Part shown: positions 29,244 through 40,808 of the stretch, in pieces
Position numbering within the stretch: the first letter of the stretch is position 1
Layout of the letters: every line of letters starts with the position of its first letter
Source of the DNA: Tagaea sp.
Lineage (GTDB): Bacteria; Pseudomonadota; Alphaproteobacteria; CACIAM-22H2
Assembly: GCA_965279525.1 (NCBI GenBank)
Contig: CBDIIB010000005.1
Coordinates: 1,727,018-1,791,017, forward strand
Length of the DNA stretch: 64,000 bases
Direction of reading: 5' to 3'
Program-made: the position numbers and the translations under genes
The notes under the pieces: model-generated
The model's input: the letters and a program-made list of their open reading frames with translations, nothing else
Told to the model about the DNA's origin: nothing
Databases searched by the model: none

Positions 29244-30089
29244 TCACACCGCGAAGCCGTAGAGTTCCGCGGGGTTGTCCACAAGGATGCGGTTGCGCAG
29301 CTTGTCGTCGTCGACCCAGTGCAGCAGCGTGTCGAGCTGGCCCGCGTCGTCGGGCGGATCGGCCAACTTCGACACGTGCGGCCAGTTCGACGCCCACACC
29401 ATGCGCTCGGGCGCCAGCGCCACGGCCGCACGCGCCAGTGCACCGGTGTCGGCCCAGTCGGGCGGGCCCTTGCGCGAAACCTCGTAGGCGGCGGCAAGCT
29501 TCAGCCAGCAGCGCCCGCCTTCGAGCAGGCGGGCCAATGCCTTGAAGCCCGGATGGTCGGTCGCGACCGGTTCGAGGAACTTGCCGACATGGTCGATGAC
29601 CAGCGGGCAGGGCAGGCGCTTGAGGAAGTCGGCGCGTTCGTGGAGCAGCCGTCCGTCCATCTGCAGCTGGACGTGCCAGCCCAGCGGTGCAATGCGCGCG
29701 GCGACGGTCTCGAGCGCATCCCAGCCCAGCACGCCGCCGGGCAGCATGTGGAAGCGCACGCCGCACGCACCGCGAAAGGCCATCGCGGCAAGGTCGGTCT
29801 CGCGCACGTCCGCGCCGACGACCACGACCGCGCGCGTGCGCTCGGCGCCCAGCCGCGCCACGCCGTCGAGCGTGACGTTGTTGTCGAAGCCGTAGGCCGT
29901 GGGCTGCACGACGATGGCGCGCGACGTGCCAAGGCGTGCGCGCACCTTCTCGTAGGCCGCGGCATTGGCCCAGACCGGCGGCGGGATCGTCGCCGTCGGT
30001 GCCGCGCGCGCGGCCGGATCGTAGACGTGGATGTGGCTGTCGCAGGCGTTCGCTGGCGCCTTCAGGCGCGGCGGTGTCGGGGATGGCAT
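29244..30089 (-). CDS. amidohydrolase-2 family protein (LigI/2-pyrone-4,6-dicarboxylate hydrolase-like)
   Basis: 281 aa. N-terminal CDSHIHVYD metal-ligand motif and TIM-barrel amidohydrolase_2 layout (HVGK, NWPH). Confidence 0.75.
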   Translation of the reverse strand: MPSPTPPRLKAPANACDSHIHVYDPAARAAPTATIPPPVWANAAAYEKVRARLGTSRAIVVQPTAYGFDNNVTLDGVARLGAERTRAVVVVGADVRETDLAAMAFRGACGVRFHMLPGGVLGWDALETVAARIAPLGWHVQLQMDGRLLHERADFLKRLPCPLVIDHVGKFLEPVATDHPGFKALARLLEGGRCWLKLAAAYEVSRKGPPDWADTGALARAAVALAPERMVWASNWPHVSKLADPPDDAGQLDTLLHWVDDDKLRNRILVDNPAELYGFAV

Positions 30090-30102
30090 TCCGTTTCCTC
30101 GT

Positions 30103-31929
<1,827 letters not shown>

Positions 31930-32025
31930 CGGCTTATTCTTGGCGTGCCGGGTTGCATATTGCCGTATGACGATGCCCTACAAATGACTAAGCGGACGTT
32001 AACCGTGCGCGGTGCCGGACGATGT

Positions 32026-32238
32026 TCAGCCGGCAGCCCCGCGCCACTCGCCGCACCAGTCGCTGTCATAGGACGATGCGGTGGCGCTGTTGATGCGGAT
32101 GCTGGTCCACACCGGGACCGGCGGAAAGCGCCGGCACAGGCCCAGGAACGCCGTTCCGCCCTCGGTCGCCGGGCGGGGCGTCGCGGGTGGCAGCCAGTAC
32201 ATGCAGTTCGAGCAGCGCTGGGTCGTCGCAGGCTTCAT
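32026..32238 (-). CDS. small Cys-containing hypothetical protein (70 aa)
   Basis: CSNC...C...C spacing suggests a possible metal-binding ribbon. Lies between the PAS-like gene and the histidine kinase in the same orientation. Could be a shadow ORF in GC-rich DNA. Confidence 0.35.
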   Translation of the reverse strand: MKPATTQRCSNCMYWLPPATPRPATEGGTAFLGLCRRFPPVPVWTSIRINSATASSYDSDWCGEWRGAAG

Positions 32239-32289
32239 GGCGCGTCCTCCCCGACTTGCCGGCCGTTCACGGCCGTTGGGGCAACCCTA

Positions 32290-32877
32290 TCACGGCGCCA
32301 CGAAGGCGAGCATGTCGTTGACGAATTGGTCGTGCAGCCCGGCGAGATGGCCTTCGGTCGGATCCGCGCGCGGGCCGGCAACGCGCACCAGATAGGCGAG
32401 GATCTGCCGCACCTCGCCTTCGCCGAATGCCAGCAGCAGGCGCTCGAAGCCGATATTGTGGCCGTCGCGGCTGATGCGGTGGCTGCGGGAATAGAGCGGC
32501 AGTTTTGTCGAAAGCACGGCCGAATAGCAGTCGAGGATCTGGCTGGCGGACTCGCGCGGAAGCACTTCGTCGAGGTACCGGCCGGTGAAATTGCCGCCGT
32601 CGGCGACGGCCGCGTTGTTGCCGTGCACGCGGAAGCGCAGCCGGCTGCCCCCGCCGTCGCTCTCGACGTCGTAGAGGATCAGGTCGGGCCACCACGCGGC
32701 GAGTTCTTCGGCCAGGAAGTCGCGGCGCGACGGCATCGCGCGCCCGGCGAGCCGGCCGGCCCACCAGTCGAACAGGGCGCGTGCCCGCGCCGACGGAATG
32801 GCCTCGCGGCTGACCGTCGGCGCGAAATCGGGATGGACGCGGGTTGCGACGAACATGCGGTCGAGTCTTGCATACAA
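32290..32877 (-). CDS. PAS-like (PAS_5-type) domain protein
   Basis: 195 aa. ALFDWWAGRLAGRAMPSRRDFLAEEL...RLRFRVHGNNAAVADGGNFTGRYLDEV resembles the alphaproteobacterial stand-alone PAS_5 family. Placed by recollection of that family, not by a search. Confidence 0.5.
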   Translation of the reverse strand: MYARLDRMFVATRVHPDFAPTVSREAIPSARARALFDWWAGRLAGRAMPSRRDFLAEELAAWWPDLILYDVESDGGGSRLRFRVHGNNAAVADGGNFTGRYLDEVLPRESASQILDCYSAVLSTKLPLYSRSHRISRDGHNIGFERLLLAFGEGEVRQILAYLVRVAGPRADPTEGHLAGLHDQFVNDMLAFVAP

Positions 32878-32925
32878 AAGTTAACAAAAATGTATGACGT
32901 CCGGGACCTGGGCTAGAATGGCGCC

Positions 32926-34068
32926 ATGGACCTGCCGAGCATCTCGGATTTCGCGCGCCACGGCGTCGATCCCGGCCACTATGCGCGCCTGGCCGACGAC
33001 TGGTACCTCGCCGTCGCCGACGTGACGGGCAGCACGAAGCTGGCGGCCGCCGGGCGCGACCGCGACGTCAACTTCGTCGCCGGCGGCGCCGTGGCCGTGC
33101 TGAGCGAGGCGGTGCGCCGCCAAGGCGACGTCGTCGCCTGCCAGTTCGGCGGCGACGGCGCCATCGCCGCCGTCCCGCCCGAGCGCATGGACGCGACGAA
33201 GGCAGCCCTTGGCGCGCTCACCTTCTGGGCGAAAGCCGAATACGGCATCGAACTGCGCGTCGGGCTCGTTCCGGTCGCGGCGTTGCGCGCGGCGGGCTTC
33301 GACGTGTTCGCGGCCCTGCAGGATTTCGGCGACGACAACGTGTTCGGCCTGTTCCTGGGCGACGGCGTGGTCGCGGCCGACGCATGGGTGAAGGCCGATA
33401 CGCGATGGCATGTCCCGGCGAAGGAAGGCCCGCTGCCCGGCCTCGAAGGCCTGTCGTGCCGCTGGCGGCCGGTCCCTGCGCGCCGCGGCGCCATCCTGTG
33501 CGTGATCGCCGACCCGACCCAGGCCGGGACCGCGGGCATCGCCACGCTGGGCCGACTGCTGGCCGACATCGACGCCATCGTGCCCACGCGCGATGCCGCC
33601 CCGCTCGGCGACGGCAGCCGGCTCGAACCCAAAAGCGTGCCGGGCTGGCGTTCGCTGTGGCTCGAGGCCAAGGCCCAGCCGCGCGGCAAGCGCTTCTTGC
33701 GCGTCGTCACCGCGATTGCGGGCTCGGCGATCATCGCACTTGGCCACCTGCTGGGCGGGCGCATCGGCTCGGTCGATGTCGCGGGCTACCGGCGCGGCAT
33801 GGCCGAACGCTCGGACTACCGCAAGGCGGCGGGCGGCCCGCGCCTCGTGCTCGATGTGACCGACCACGAGGCGGCGAAGATCGAAGCGCTGCTCGCCGAG
33901 CGTGAAAAGGCCGGGCTGATCCGTTACGGCACCGCGCGCGCCGATTCCACGACGATCACGTGCCTGGTCGGCGATTTCATGGCCGACCGGCACGTGCATT
34001 TCGTCGATGGCGCCGGCCTCGGTTTCTGGCGCGCGGCCGAGGTCCTGAAGGCGAAGTCCCGCGCCTAG
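32926..34068 (+). CDS. DUF3095 family protein
   Basis: 380 aa from [39 protein letters not shown]. Placed by recollection of the conserved N-terminal signature of DUF3095. Confidence 0.55.
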   Translation: MDLPSISDFARHGVDPGHYARLADDWYLAVADVTGSTKLAAAGRDRDVNFVAGGAVAVLSEAVRRQGDVVACQFGGDGAIAAVPPERMDATKAALGALTFWAKAEYGIELRVGLVPVAALRAAGFDVFAALQDFGDDNVFGLFLGDGVVAADAWVKADTRWHVPAKEGPLPGLEGLSCRWRPVPARRGAILCVIADPTQAGTAGIATLGRLLADIDAIVPTRDAAPLGDGSRLEPKSVPGWRSLWLEAKAQPRGKRFLRVVTAIAGSAIIALGHLLGGRIGSVDVAGYRRGMAERSDYRKAAGGPRLVLDVTDHEAAKIEALLAEREKAGLIRYGTARADSTTITCLVGDFMADRHVHFVDGAGLGFWRAAEVLKAKSRA

Positions 34069-34817
34069 CCGCGGCCGATGAACGGCATCTTGGTCGACAT
34101 GACGGTGACGAACTGGATGTTGGCGTCGAGCGGCAGGCTTGCCATCAGCGCCACCGTCTTGCCGACGTTTTCCACGCCCATCGTCGGCTCGACCGCCATC
34201 GTGCCGTTGGCCTGCGGCACGCCCTTGGCCATGCGCGCGGTCATCTCGGTCGCGGCATTGCCGATGTCGACCTGGCCGCACGCGATGTCGTACTTGCGCC
34301 CGTCGAGCGACACGGAGCGCGTCAGGCCCGTGACGGCATGCTTGGTCGCGGTATAGGCGACCGAACCCGGGCGCGGCACATGGGCCGAGATCGAGCCGTT
34401 GTTGACGATGCGTCCGCCCTGCGGCGTCTGGTCCTTCATCATCCGGAAGGCCGCGCGCGTGCAGTAGAACATCCCGTTCAGGTTCACGTCGACGATGCGC
34501 CGCCAGTCGGCCGGCGACACGTCCTCGATCGACGTGGCGGGCAGGCCGGCACCGGCGTTGTTGAACAGGAAATCGACGCGGCCGAATTTCGCCTTCACGG
34601 CCGCGAACAGCTTGTCGACGGCCGCGTCGTCGCTGACGTCGGTGGGCACGCTCAGGGCCGGGTTCTTCAGCATCGCCTTCGTGGCATCGAGCGCGTCGGC
34701 ACGGCGGCCCACGAGCACGACGCTGAAGCCGCCCTCGTCCAGCGCCACGGCGACCGAACGGCCCACGCCCGAGCCCGCACCCGTCACGACGGCGATCTTC
34801 TTCTGCTGGTCCGACAT
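34065..34817 (-). CDS. SDR family oxidoreductase
   Basis: 250 aa. TGAGSGVG and NNAG motifs, catalytic Y-x3-K (YTATKHAV). Confidence 0.85.
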   Translation of the reverse strand: MSDQQKKIAVVTGAGSGVGRSVAVALDEGGFSVVLVGRRADALDATKAMLKNPALSVPTDVSDDAAVDKLFAAVKAKFGRVDFLFNNAGAGLPATSIEDVSPADWRRIVDVNLNGMFYCTRAAFRMMKDQTPQGGRIVNNGSISAHVPRPGSVAYTATKHAVTGLTRSVSLDGRKYDIACGQVDIGNAATEMTARMAKGVPQANGTMAVEPTMGVENVGKTVALMASLPLDANIQFVTVMSTKMPFIGRG

Positions 34818-34844
34818 TCCGAAACTTCCTCCCGTTGATGCCGT

Positions 34845-35357
34845 CTAGCGGATCTCGTCGCTGCGGCTGAAATCGAGCTTGACGCTCGAGACGTTGCCAC
34901 CCCATTCCTCGACCAGCGCTTCCTGGCGTTCGGAGAGGCGGCGCTGCTCGCGCTCCTCCTCGACGCGCACGATGCGCCGGAGCAGGAACGGGATGCCGAA
35001 ATAGAGCACGACGCCGATCACGGCGCCAAGATAGGCGTAGACATAGGCCGAGCCCCACATCAGCGGGGCGGTCTTGAGGCCGCCGCCGATCGACAGCAGC
35101 GCGAAGGGCAGGCTGCCGGCGAAATTGAGGGATCCCACGCACAGCGTGCCGCGCCGCTCGGGATCGTCGTCGACCAGCGCCATGGCGAGCGTGGGCAGGC
35201 TCGCGATCGCCATGTAGATCGCGGTCATCGGCCACATCACCAGCAGCAGCACGGCCGAGACGCCGGCGAGCAGCCAGGCGGCCGGTGCGAACCGCCTGGC
35301 CCAGCTGCGCGAGCGCTGCTGGGCGCGCGTCATGATGTTTTCCGCACCCTTCTTCAT
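34845..35357 (-). CDS. hypothetical membrane protein (170 aa), translationally coupled to the upstream kinase-like gene
   Basis: Start MKKGAENIM at 35357 overlaps the stop of the 675-aa gene. Four predicted TM helices, charged C-terminal tail. Confidence 0.5.
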   Translation of the reverse strand: MKKGAENIMTRAQQRSRSWARRFAPAAWLLAGVSAVLLLVMWPMTAIYMAIASLPTLAMALVDDDPERRGTLCVGSLNFAGSLPFALLSIGGGLKTAPLMWGSAYVYAYLGAVIGVVLYFGIPFLLRRIVRVEEEREQRRLSERQEALVEEWGGNVSSVKLDFSRSDEIR

Positions 35358-37381
35358 GGCAGGTACGCCGCGAGCACGCCGAAGAACGTGGCGAGTGCGA
35401 GCGAGCCGGCGGCGAGCGTCGCCGTCTCGCGGCCGCGATATGTCGCTTGCCGGCCGCGGTCGAGCATCACGAGATCGGCCTTGCCGAGCCGTTCGCTTGC
35501 CGCGGCATATTCGGTCTTGGCGGAATCGAAACCCTTCTTGTCGGCTTCCAGCGCCACGCGGTCGTCGACGATGCCGAGCAGCCCCTGCAGGTCGCCTTGG
35601 CCGATGGCCGCCTCGCTCTTGCGCGCGATCAGCTCCTTGGTCGAGATGCGCTGGAACTGCTCGAGCGTCGGGCGCACGAGCACGGCGCACTGGGCGGCGA
35701 GGTTGGGCAGCGAGCCCACGAGATACGTCTCCTGCAGGTGGGCGAGCAGGCGCAGCGAAGCCATGCGCGCCTCCTCGTCGGCCGCACCGCCCATCAGGCC
35801 CTTGAGCGCCGTCTCGTCGGCGGCCCCGCGCGCGGCCATGAAGGCGGCTATGTGGCGGTCGAAGCCCTTCTGGTCGCCGTCGGCGATGGCCGCGTCGATG
35901 GCGGGCAGCAGTTCACCGGGCGATTCGACCCACTGGTCGATGCACATCGGCGAGATGCAGGGCAGGCGGTGGTCGAGCTCGTAGAGGCAGCGTTCGAGGC
36001 CCGAGCCCGGGACCGGTTCCATCGCCCAGCGCGACAGCCGCTCGTAGGCCGTGAGCTTGCGCGCGGTGCGCGTGGCGGCGCTCTGTGCGGCCTGCTGCGC
36101 GCTGACCCATTCGAGATGCAGGCCGGCGCGGAACATCGAATCGTAGGCCGGCAGCGTGTCGCGGCTGCTGAGATACGCGCGCGCGAGTGCGGGAGCCGCC
36201 CCGTCGGGGCGCACCGCGATGCCGGAGATGTGGACCGGCCCCATCGGATCGAGCGCCATGCAGATGCGCGCGACGAGGGCCGGATCGCCGTCGCGCCCGG
36301 CCGAACTCTCCGCCAGCGACATCGCCTGGACCTTCTTGGCGGCACCGTCGTCGGGCAAGGCGCGGCGCACCCAGTCGGCGAGCGTGCCCGTGCGGATCGC
36401 GGCGGTCGCCTGCGGCGGGTTCTTCGCCAGAGCCAACGCGATCTCGCGCCCGGTGCGATAGAGCTTGCCCTCGAACAAGAAGGGCTCGCGCGCCTTGGCA
36501 AGGCTGGTGATGCGCGGCAGCGCGGGCCGGCCGCCGTCGAGCCATTTGGCGAGCGTGGGCAGCGTCCAGCGCTCGGCCGGATCGTCGGCGAGCGTGCCGC
36601 GGAAGAAGTCGTAGAGCTCGGTGGGCGGGTTGTACTTGCCGGCAAGCGCGTCCCAGTTGCCGACCTCGATGCGCCGCTCGATGACGGCGGCATCGTCCGC
36701 TTCGGCCATCGGCCAGCGGCCCATCGCGAGGGCGAGCGCCGTCGCCCCCAGCGAGAACACGTCGTCGATCGCGGTCCCGGGCCCGCGGCCGTAGGGATCG
36801 CAGATTGCAAGCTCGAGCGGTTCGAACTGGGCGGGCTGGCGGGCCCCCGGCGGGCCCGCGGTGCACGGGCCCACGATCAGCTTCGACTGGCCGAAATCGT
36901 ACCAGAAGACGTTGTCGGGCCGGATCGCGCGGTGGGCCACGCCGCGGCGCACGTACTCGGCCAGCATCTGGGTGACCGGCGACACGAAATTGCGCACCAG
37001 CATGCGCGCGTCGAGTGCCTGCATCGTGGCGTTGCGCCGCAGGAGCGCCGCCCCGGCCGGCGTTTCGTAGATCATCGCGTAGCGGCGCGTGCCGTCGGGC
37101 CATTCGACCGGGCCGTGGTCGAGCATCTTGGCCCCGCCCACATGCATCAGCCCCTTGATCTGCGCGCAGGCGGCCACGCGCGGCAACTGCTCGGGGCGCG
37201 CGATCAGCGCAGTACAGGCGGTGTCGGGCTGGGTCTGGTCGAGGGCGACGAACGCCTCGGCCGCCGGCGTGGCGAGGTCCATCACCGTCTGGCCGGGACG
37301 GATCTTGAACCGATCGCCCAGCGGCACGTCGCGCGAATTGCTGGGCGCGCGTGCGGTCGCGTTTTCCCCGCCTTCGGCCAT
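35354..37381 (-). CDS. membrane-anchored eukaryotic-like Ser/Thr protein kinase-like protein, possibly a pseudokinase
   Basis: 675 aa. Kinase-fold motifs are present: VAHRAIRPDN in place of the catalytic loop HRDLKPxN (Asp replaced by Ala), DFG (WYDFGQ), and a subdomain-IX-like DDVFSLGATALALAMGRWP. No clear Gly-rich loop or VAIK Lys. Large unknown C-terminal region ending in a TM helix. Confidence 0.65.
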   Translation of the reverse strand: MAEGGENATARAPSNSRDVPLGDRFKIRPGQTVMDLATPAAEAFVALDQTQPDTACTALIARPEQLPRVAACAQIKGLMHVGGAKMLDHGPVEWPDGTRRYAMIYETPAGAALLRRNATMQALDARMLVRNFVSPVTQMLAEYVRRGVAHRAIRPDNVFWYDFGQSKLIVGPCTAGPPGARQPAQFEPLELAICDPYGRGPGTAIDDVFSLGATALALAMGRWPMAEADDAAVIERRIEVGNWDALAGKYNPPTELYDFFRGTLADDPAERWTLPTLAKWLDGGRPALPRITSLAKAREPFLFEGKLYRTGREIALALAKNPPQATAAIRTGTLADWVRRALPDDGAAKKVQAMSLAESSAGRDGDPALVARICMALDPMGPVHISGIAVRPDGAAPALARAYLSSRDTLPAYDSMFRAGLHLEWVSAQQAAQSAATRTARKLTAYERLSRWAMEPVPGSGLERCLYELDHRLPCISPMCIDQWVESPGELLPAIDAAIADGDQKGFDRHIAAFMAARGAADETALKGLMGGAADEEARMASLRLLAHLQETYLVGSLPNLAAQCAVLVRPTLEQFQRISTKELIARKSEAAIGQGDLQGLLGIVDDRVALEADKKGFDSAKTEYAAASERLGKADLVMLDRGRQATYRGRETATLAAGSLALATFFGVLAAYLP

Positions 37382-37488
37382 TCAGATTCCAGATACGTCC
37401 AGTTGGGGTGCCGGCATCAGTCGGACAATTTGCTCCGTATGGCGGCGCTTGTCAGGTCCAATTCGACAATTCTACGCCAAATCTTGCG

Positions 37489-38055
37489 TCAATCGGCGCC
37501 GGCCGGGGCCGCCGGCGCTTCGCCTTCGTCCTCGCCGTCGAGCGACATCGACAGATCGAGCAGGGCGGGGGCGCGGTCGATGATCTCGCGCAGGATCTTC
37601 TCGGCAAGCTCGACGTCGTGCACGGTCTCGCCCTGCAGTCCGTCGGAATAGGGCGGGGCGGACAGCGCGTTCTTGAGCGTGTAGATCGCGCGCAGCTCGC
37701 GCAGGAAAAGGTCCTTGGCGCCCAGCGGCAGCTCCTTCGAGCCCGCCACCAGCGCCATCAGCTCGATCGACGTCTTGAGCTGGCGGGACATCTGGCCGAC
37801 GCGCGCGGAGCGGAACCGCGCTTCCAGCGTCGTGCGCTCCTCGCCCGCCGGCACCTTCTTGATGCGGTACTCGATCAGGATGCAGAAGCTGTCGAAGTCG
37901 TTGACCGCGTCGGCGAAGCGCTTGTAGGCCGAGTAGCTCGAGCGCGCGACGTCGTCTTTCGTGTGCGCGAGGACTTCGGCGATCCCTTCGGCCTTCTCGT
38001 CGAGCGCATCCAGAAAGCGACGTGCCTCGTCGGCGGGGTTGACAGTCCTTGCCAT
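37489..38055 (-). CDS. hypothetical protein (188 aa, acidic C-terminus)
   Basis: Start MARTVNPADEARRFLDAL at 38055, 107 nt upstream of the kinase-like gene in the same orientation. No known domain. Confidence 0.45.
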   Translation of the reverse strand: MARTVNPADEARRFLDALDEKAEGIAEVLAHTKDDVARSSYSAYKRFADAVNDFDSFCILIEYRIKKVPAGEERTTLEARFRSARVGQMSRQLKTSIELMALVAGSKELPLGAKDLFLRELRAIYTLKNALSAPPYSDGLQGETVHDVELAEKILREIIDRAPALLDLSMSLDGEDEGEAPAAPAGAD

Positions 38056-38143
38056 AAGCAACGACTCTCGCCATTCCGCCCCGCCCGTCAAGACAATCCC
38101 GACGGCCGGCCGGCGCAACCCTGCCCTGCGAAAGGCACCCGAG

Positions 38144-38845
38144 ATGACGGCCGAACTTTTTCGCGACGATTCCTACCTCAAGACAGCCGAGGCGGTCGTG
38201 CGCGAGGTGCGCGCCGACGGCATCGTGCTCGACCGCACGATCTTCTATCCCTCGGGCGGCGGGCAGCCGGGCGACACGGGTGTCCTGGCGCGCGCCGACG
38301 GCACGCGCGTGGCCATCGCCGACACGCGCAAGGGCGAGGGCGGCATCCTGCATGTCCCGGCCCCCGACCAGCCCGCCCTTGCCGCGGGCGACGCGGTCAC
38401 GCTCGAGCTCGACTGGGAGCGGCGCTACCGGCACATGCGCATGCACACCTGCCTGCATCTGCTGTGCGCGGTCATTCCCGCCGGCGTGACGGGCGGGCAG
38501 GTGGGTGCCGAGCGTTCGCGTCTCGACTTCGATCCGGGCGAGGTCGTCTTCGACAAGGCGCATATCGAAAGCGAGCTCAACCGGCTGATCGGCGAGGACC
38601 ATGCGGTGGCGCCGCAGTGGGTCGACGAGAGCGAACTCGACACCCGCCCCGAACTGGTCCGCACGATGTCGGTCAAGCCGCCGCGCGGGACCGGGCGGCT
38701 GCGCCTGCTCGAGGTGGCGGGCGTCGACCTGCAGCCGTGCGGCGGCACGCATGTCGCGCGCACGGCCGAGATCGGCCGCGTCGTGGTCGAGAAGATCGAG
38801 AACAAGGGCAAGCGCAACCGCCGGGTGGTCGTGGCGCTGGCCTGA
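38144..38845 (+). CDS. alaX: alanyl-tRNA editing protein (AlaX-M type trans-editing domain)
   Basis: 233 aa. HxxxH zinc motif (MHTCLHLL) and the CGGTH motif of AlaRS-editing/AlaX proteins. Confidence 0.8.
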   Translation: MTAELFRDDSYLKTAEAVVREVRADGIVLDRTIFYPSGGGQPGDTGVLARADGTRVAIADTRKGEGGILHVPAPDQPALAAGDAVTLELDWERRYRHMRMHTCLHLLCAVIPAGVTGGQVGAERSRLDFDPGEVVFDKAHIESELNRLIGEDHAVAPQWVDESELDTRPELVRTMSVKPPRGTGRLRLLEVAGVDLQPCGGTHVARTAEIGRVVVEKIENKGKRNRRVVVALA

Positions 38846-38896
38846 CGCTGCCCGGGGGGGCTTGCGGACCGGTCCGGCGACGGTCATATATCCGCA

Positions 38897-39712
38897 ATGG
38901 CTCACTGGACCCTCGACGACATCGACTGGACCGCGTTTCGCCCCGATCTCGTGGATCCGGAGCTGCTGCGCGTGGCCAAGGCCGCCGCCCTCGTCGAGCA
39001 CAATGGTGCCGATTACGCGATCTATCTCAACAACGTCTTCGCCGGCGACGGTGCGATCGGGCCGGCGATCGATTCGTGGGCGCTGGAAGAGGTGCAGCAC
39101 GGCAAGGCGCTGGCGCGCTGGGCGAAGCTTGCCGATCCGGCGTGGGATTTCGACGCCGCGTTCGCCCGCTTCGTCGAAGGCTATCGCATCCCCTTGGATG
39201 CCGCCGCCTCGGTGCGTGGCTCGCGCACGGCCGAACTCATCGCGCGCTGCATCGTCGAGACCGGGACAAGCTCATACTACGCGGCCCTTGCCGACGCGTC
39301 GGACGAGCCGGTGTTCAAACAGGTATGCCGGCACATCGCGGCGGACGAGCTGCGCCACTACAAGCTTTTCTACGACCACATGCGCCGCTACCAGGGCATG
39401 GAAAATCTCGGGCGCTGGGGCCGGCTGATGACCGGCATCGGGCGCATCACCGAATCGGAAGACGACGAGCTTTCCTACGCCTACTACGCGGCCAACCAAT
39501 GGCCCGCACCGTATGACCGGCGGACCAGTGCACGCGCCTATGCCAGGCGGGCCTATTCGGTCTATCGCGGCAAGCATATCGAGCGCGGTATCGGAATGGC
39601 GCTGAAGGCGGTCGGCCTGCGCCCGCAGGGCGGGCTGCACCGGGCGATCGCCGCCCTTGCCACGCGGCTGATGGCCGCCCGCGCCCGTTCGCTCGCCCGG
39701 GCCGGGGCCTGA
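38897..39712 (+). CDS. ferritin-like di-iron domain protein
   Basis: 271 aa with two ExxH motifs (EEVQHG, DELRHY) typical of di-iron carboxylate proteins. Confidence 0.6.
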   Translation: MAHWTLDDIDWTAFRPDLVDPELLRVAKAAALVEHNGADYAIYLNNVFAGDGAIGPAIDSWALEEVQHGKALARWAKLADPAWDFDAAFARFVEGYRIPLDAAASVRGSRTAELIARCIVETGTSSYYAALADASDEPVFKQVCRHIAADELRHYKLFYDHMRRYQGMENLGRWGRLMTGIGRITESEDDELSYAYYAANQWPAPYDRRTSARAYARRAYSVYRGKHIERGIGMALKAVGLRPQGGLHRAIAALATRLMAARARSLARAGA

Positions 39713-39811
39713 CGGCCAATCCGCGCTTGAACGGGACTGGCCGTCATCGGATTGTAACCTAAGTCCGTTAGTCCGGAGCCTCAACCGGAACGACAGGGAG
39801 TGCCCACGCCC

Positions 39812-40792
39812 ATGAAACGCATTGTCCATGCCGCCGCGATTTTCGCAGCGCTTTTCCTCGCCGCATCCGCAAGCGCCCAGTCCGGCCGTCTCACGCTCTA
39901 CACGTCGCAGCCCCAGGCCGACGCGCAGGCGACGATCGACGCGTTCCGCAAGGTCCACCCGAACGTCGAAGTCATGTTCGTGCGCGACGGGACCACACAG
40001 CTGATGAACCGCCTGCAGGCCGAGTTCGTCGCAGGCCAGCCCCAGCCCGACCTGCTGCTGATCGCCGACGCGATGACGATGGAAGCGCTGAAGCGCGAGA
40101 ACCGCCTTGCCGCATATCCCGAGGCGAAGACCGACGGCCTGCCCGCCGGCAGCCACGACGCGCAGAAGACCTATTTCGCGACCAAGCTGATCTCGACCGG
40201 CATCGTCTACAACAAGGCCGCGTCGATGAAGCCCGAAAGCTGGGCCGACCTCCTGAAGCCCGAAGCGAAGGGCCAGCTCATCATGCCCTCGCCGCTGTTC
40301 TCGGGTGCCGCCGCCATCCATATGGGTGCCGTCACGCGCGCGCCGGGTCTCGGCTGGGCCTTCTACGAGGGCCTGCAGAAGAACGGCGCCCAGGCCGCGC
40401 GCGGCAATCCCGCCGTGCTCGAAGCGGTCGCCGGCGGCCAGAAGCTCTACGGCGTCATCGTCGATTTCATGGCGATCCGGGCCAAGGAGCGCGGCTCGCC
40501 GGTCGAGTTCGTGTTCCCGAAGGAAGGTGTGACGTTCGTGACCGAGCCGGTCGCGATCCTGCGCACGGCCAAGAACCCGGCCGCCGCGCGTGCCTTCGTC
40601 GATTTCCTGATCGCACCGGAAGGCCAGGCGCTTGCCGCCGGGCAGGGCATGTTCCCGGCGCGCGCCGACGTGAAGCCGCCCGCCGGCTTCCCCAACCTCG
40701 CCGGCATCAAGATGATGGCGATCGACGTGGCCGCGATCCTGGCTTCCGACGAGAAGGACAAGGAACGCTTCTCGGAAATGTTCGGCCGCTGA
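39812..40792 (+). CDS. Fe3+-type ABC transporter periplasmic substrate-binding protein
   Basis: About 326 aa from MKRIV, with signal peptide. Similarity to FbpA/FutA-like iron-binding SBPs. RBS GGGAG sits 11 nt upstream of the ATG. Confidence 0.85.
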   Translation: MKRIVHAAAIFAALFLAASASAQSGRLTLYTSQPQADAQATIDAFRKVHPNVEVMFVRDGTTQLMNRLQAEFVAGQPQPDLLLIADAMTMEALKRENRLAAYPEAKTDGLPAGSHDAQKTYFATKLISTGIVYNKAASMKPESWADLLKPEAKGQLIMPSPLFSGAAAIHMGAVTRAPGLGWAFYEGLQKNGAQAARGNPAVLEAVAGGQKLYGVIVDFMAIRAKERGSPVEFVFPKEGVTFVTEPVAILRTAKNPAAARAFVDFLIAPEGQALAAGQGMFPARADVKPPAGFPNLAGIKMMAIDVAAILASDEKDKERFSEMFGR

Positions 40793-40808
40793 TGACGCGG
40801 ACGCGGGC

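Noticed and set aside
32881-35235. 784-aa minus-strand ORF
   Set aside because: Shadow ORF overlapping the DUF3095 (plus) and SDR genes. No motifs, Arg-rich.
37351-39516. 721-aa plus-strand ORF
   Set aside because: Runs out of frame through AlaX and the ferritin-like gene and antisense to the kinase-like gene. No motifs.
39713-39811. Candidate iron-responsive operator (TGA-N13-TCA) upstream of the Fe3+ ABC transporter
   Set aside because: Spacing does not fit the RirA IRO box (TGA-N9-TCA) and there is no Fur or Irr box consensus. Insufficient support.
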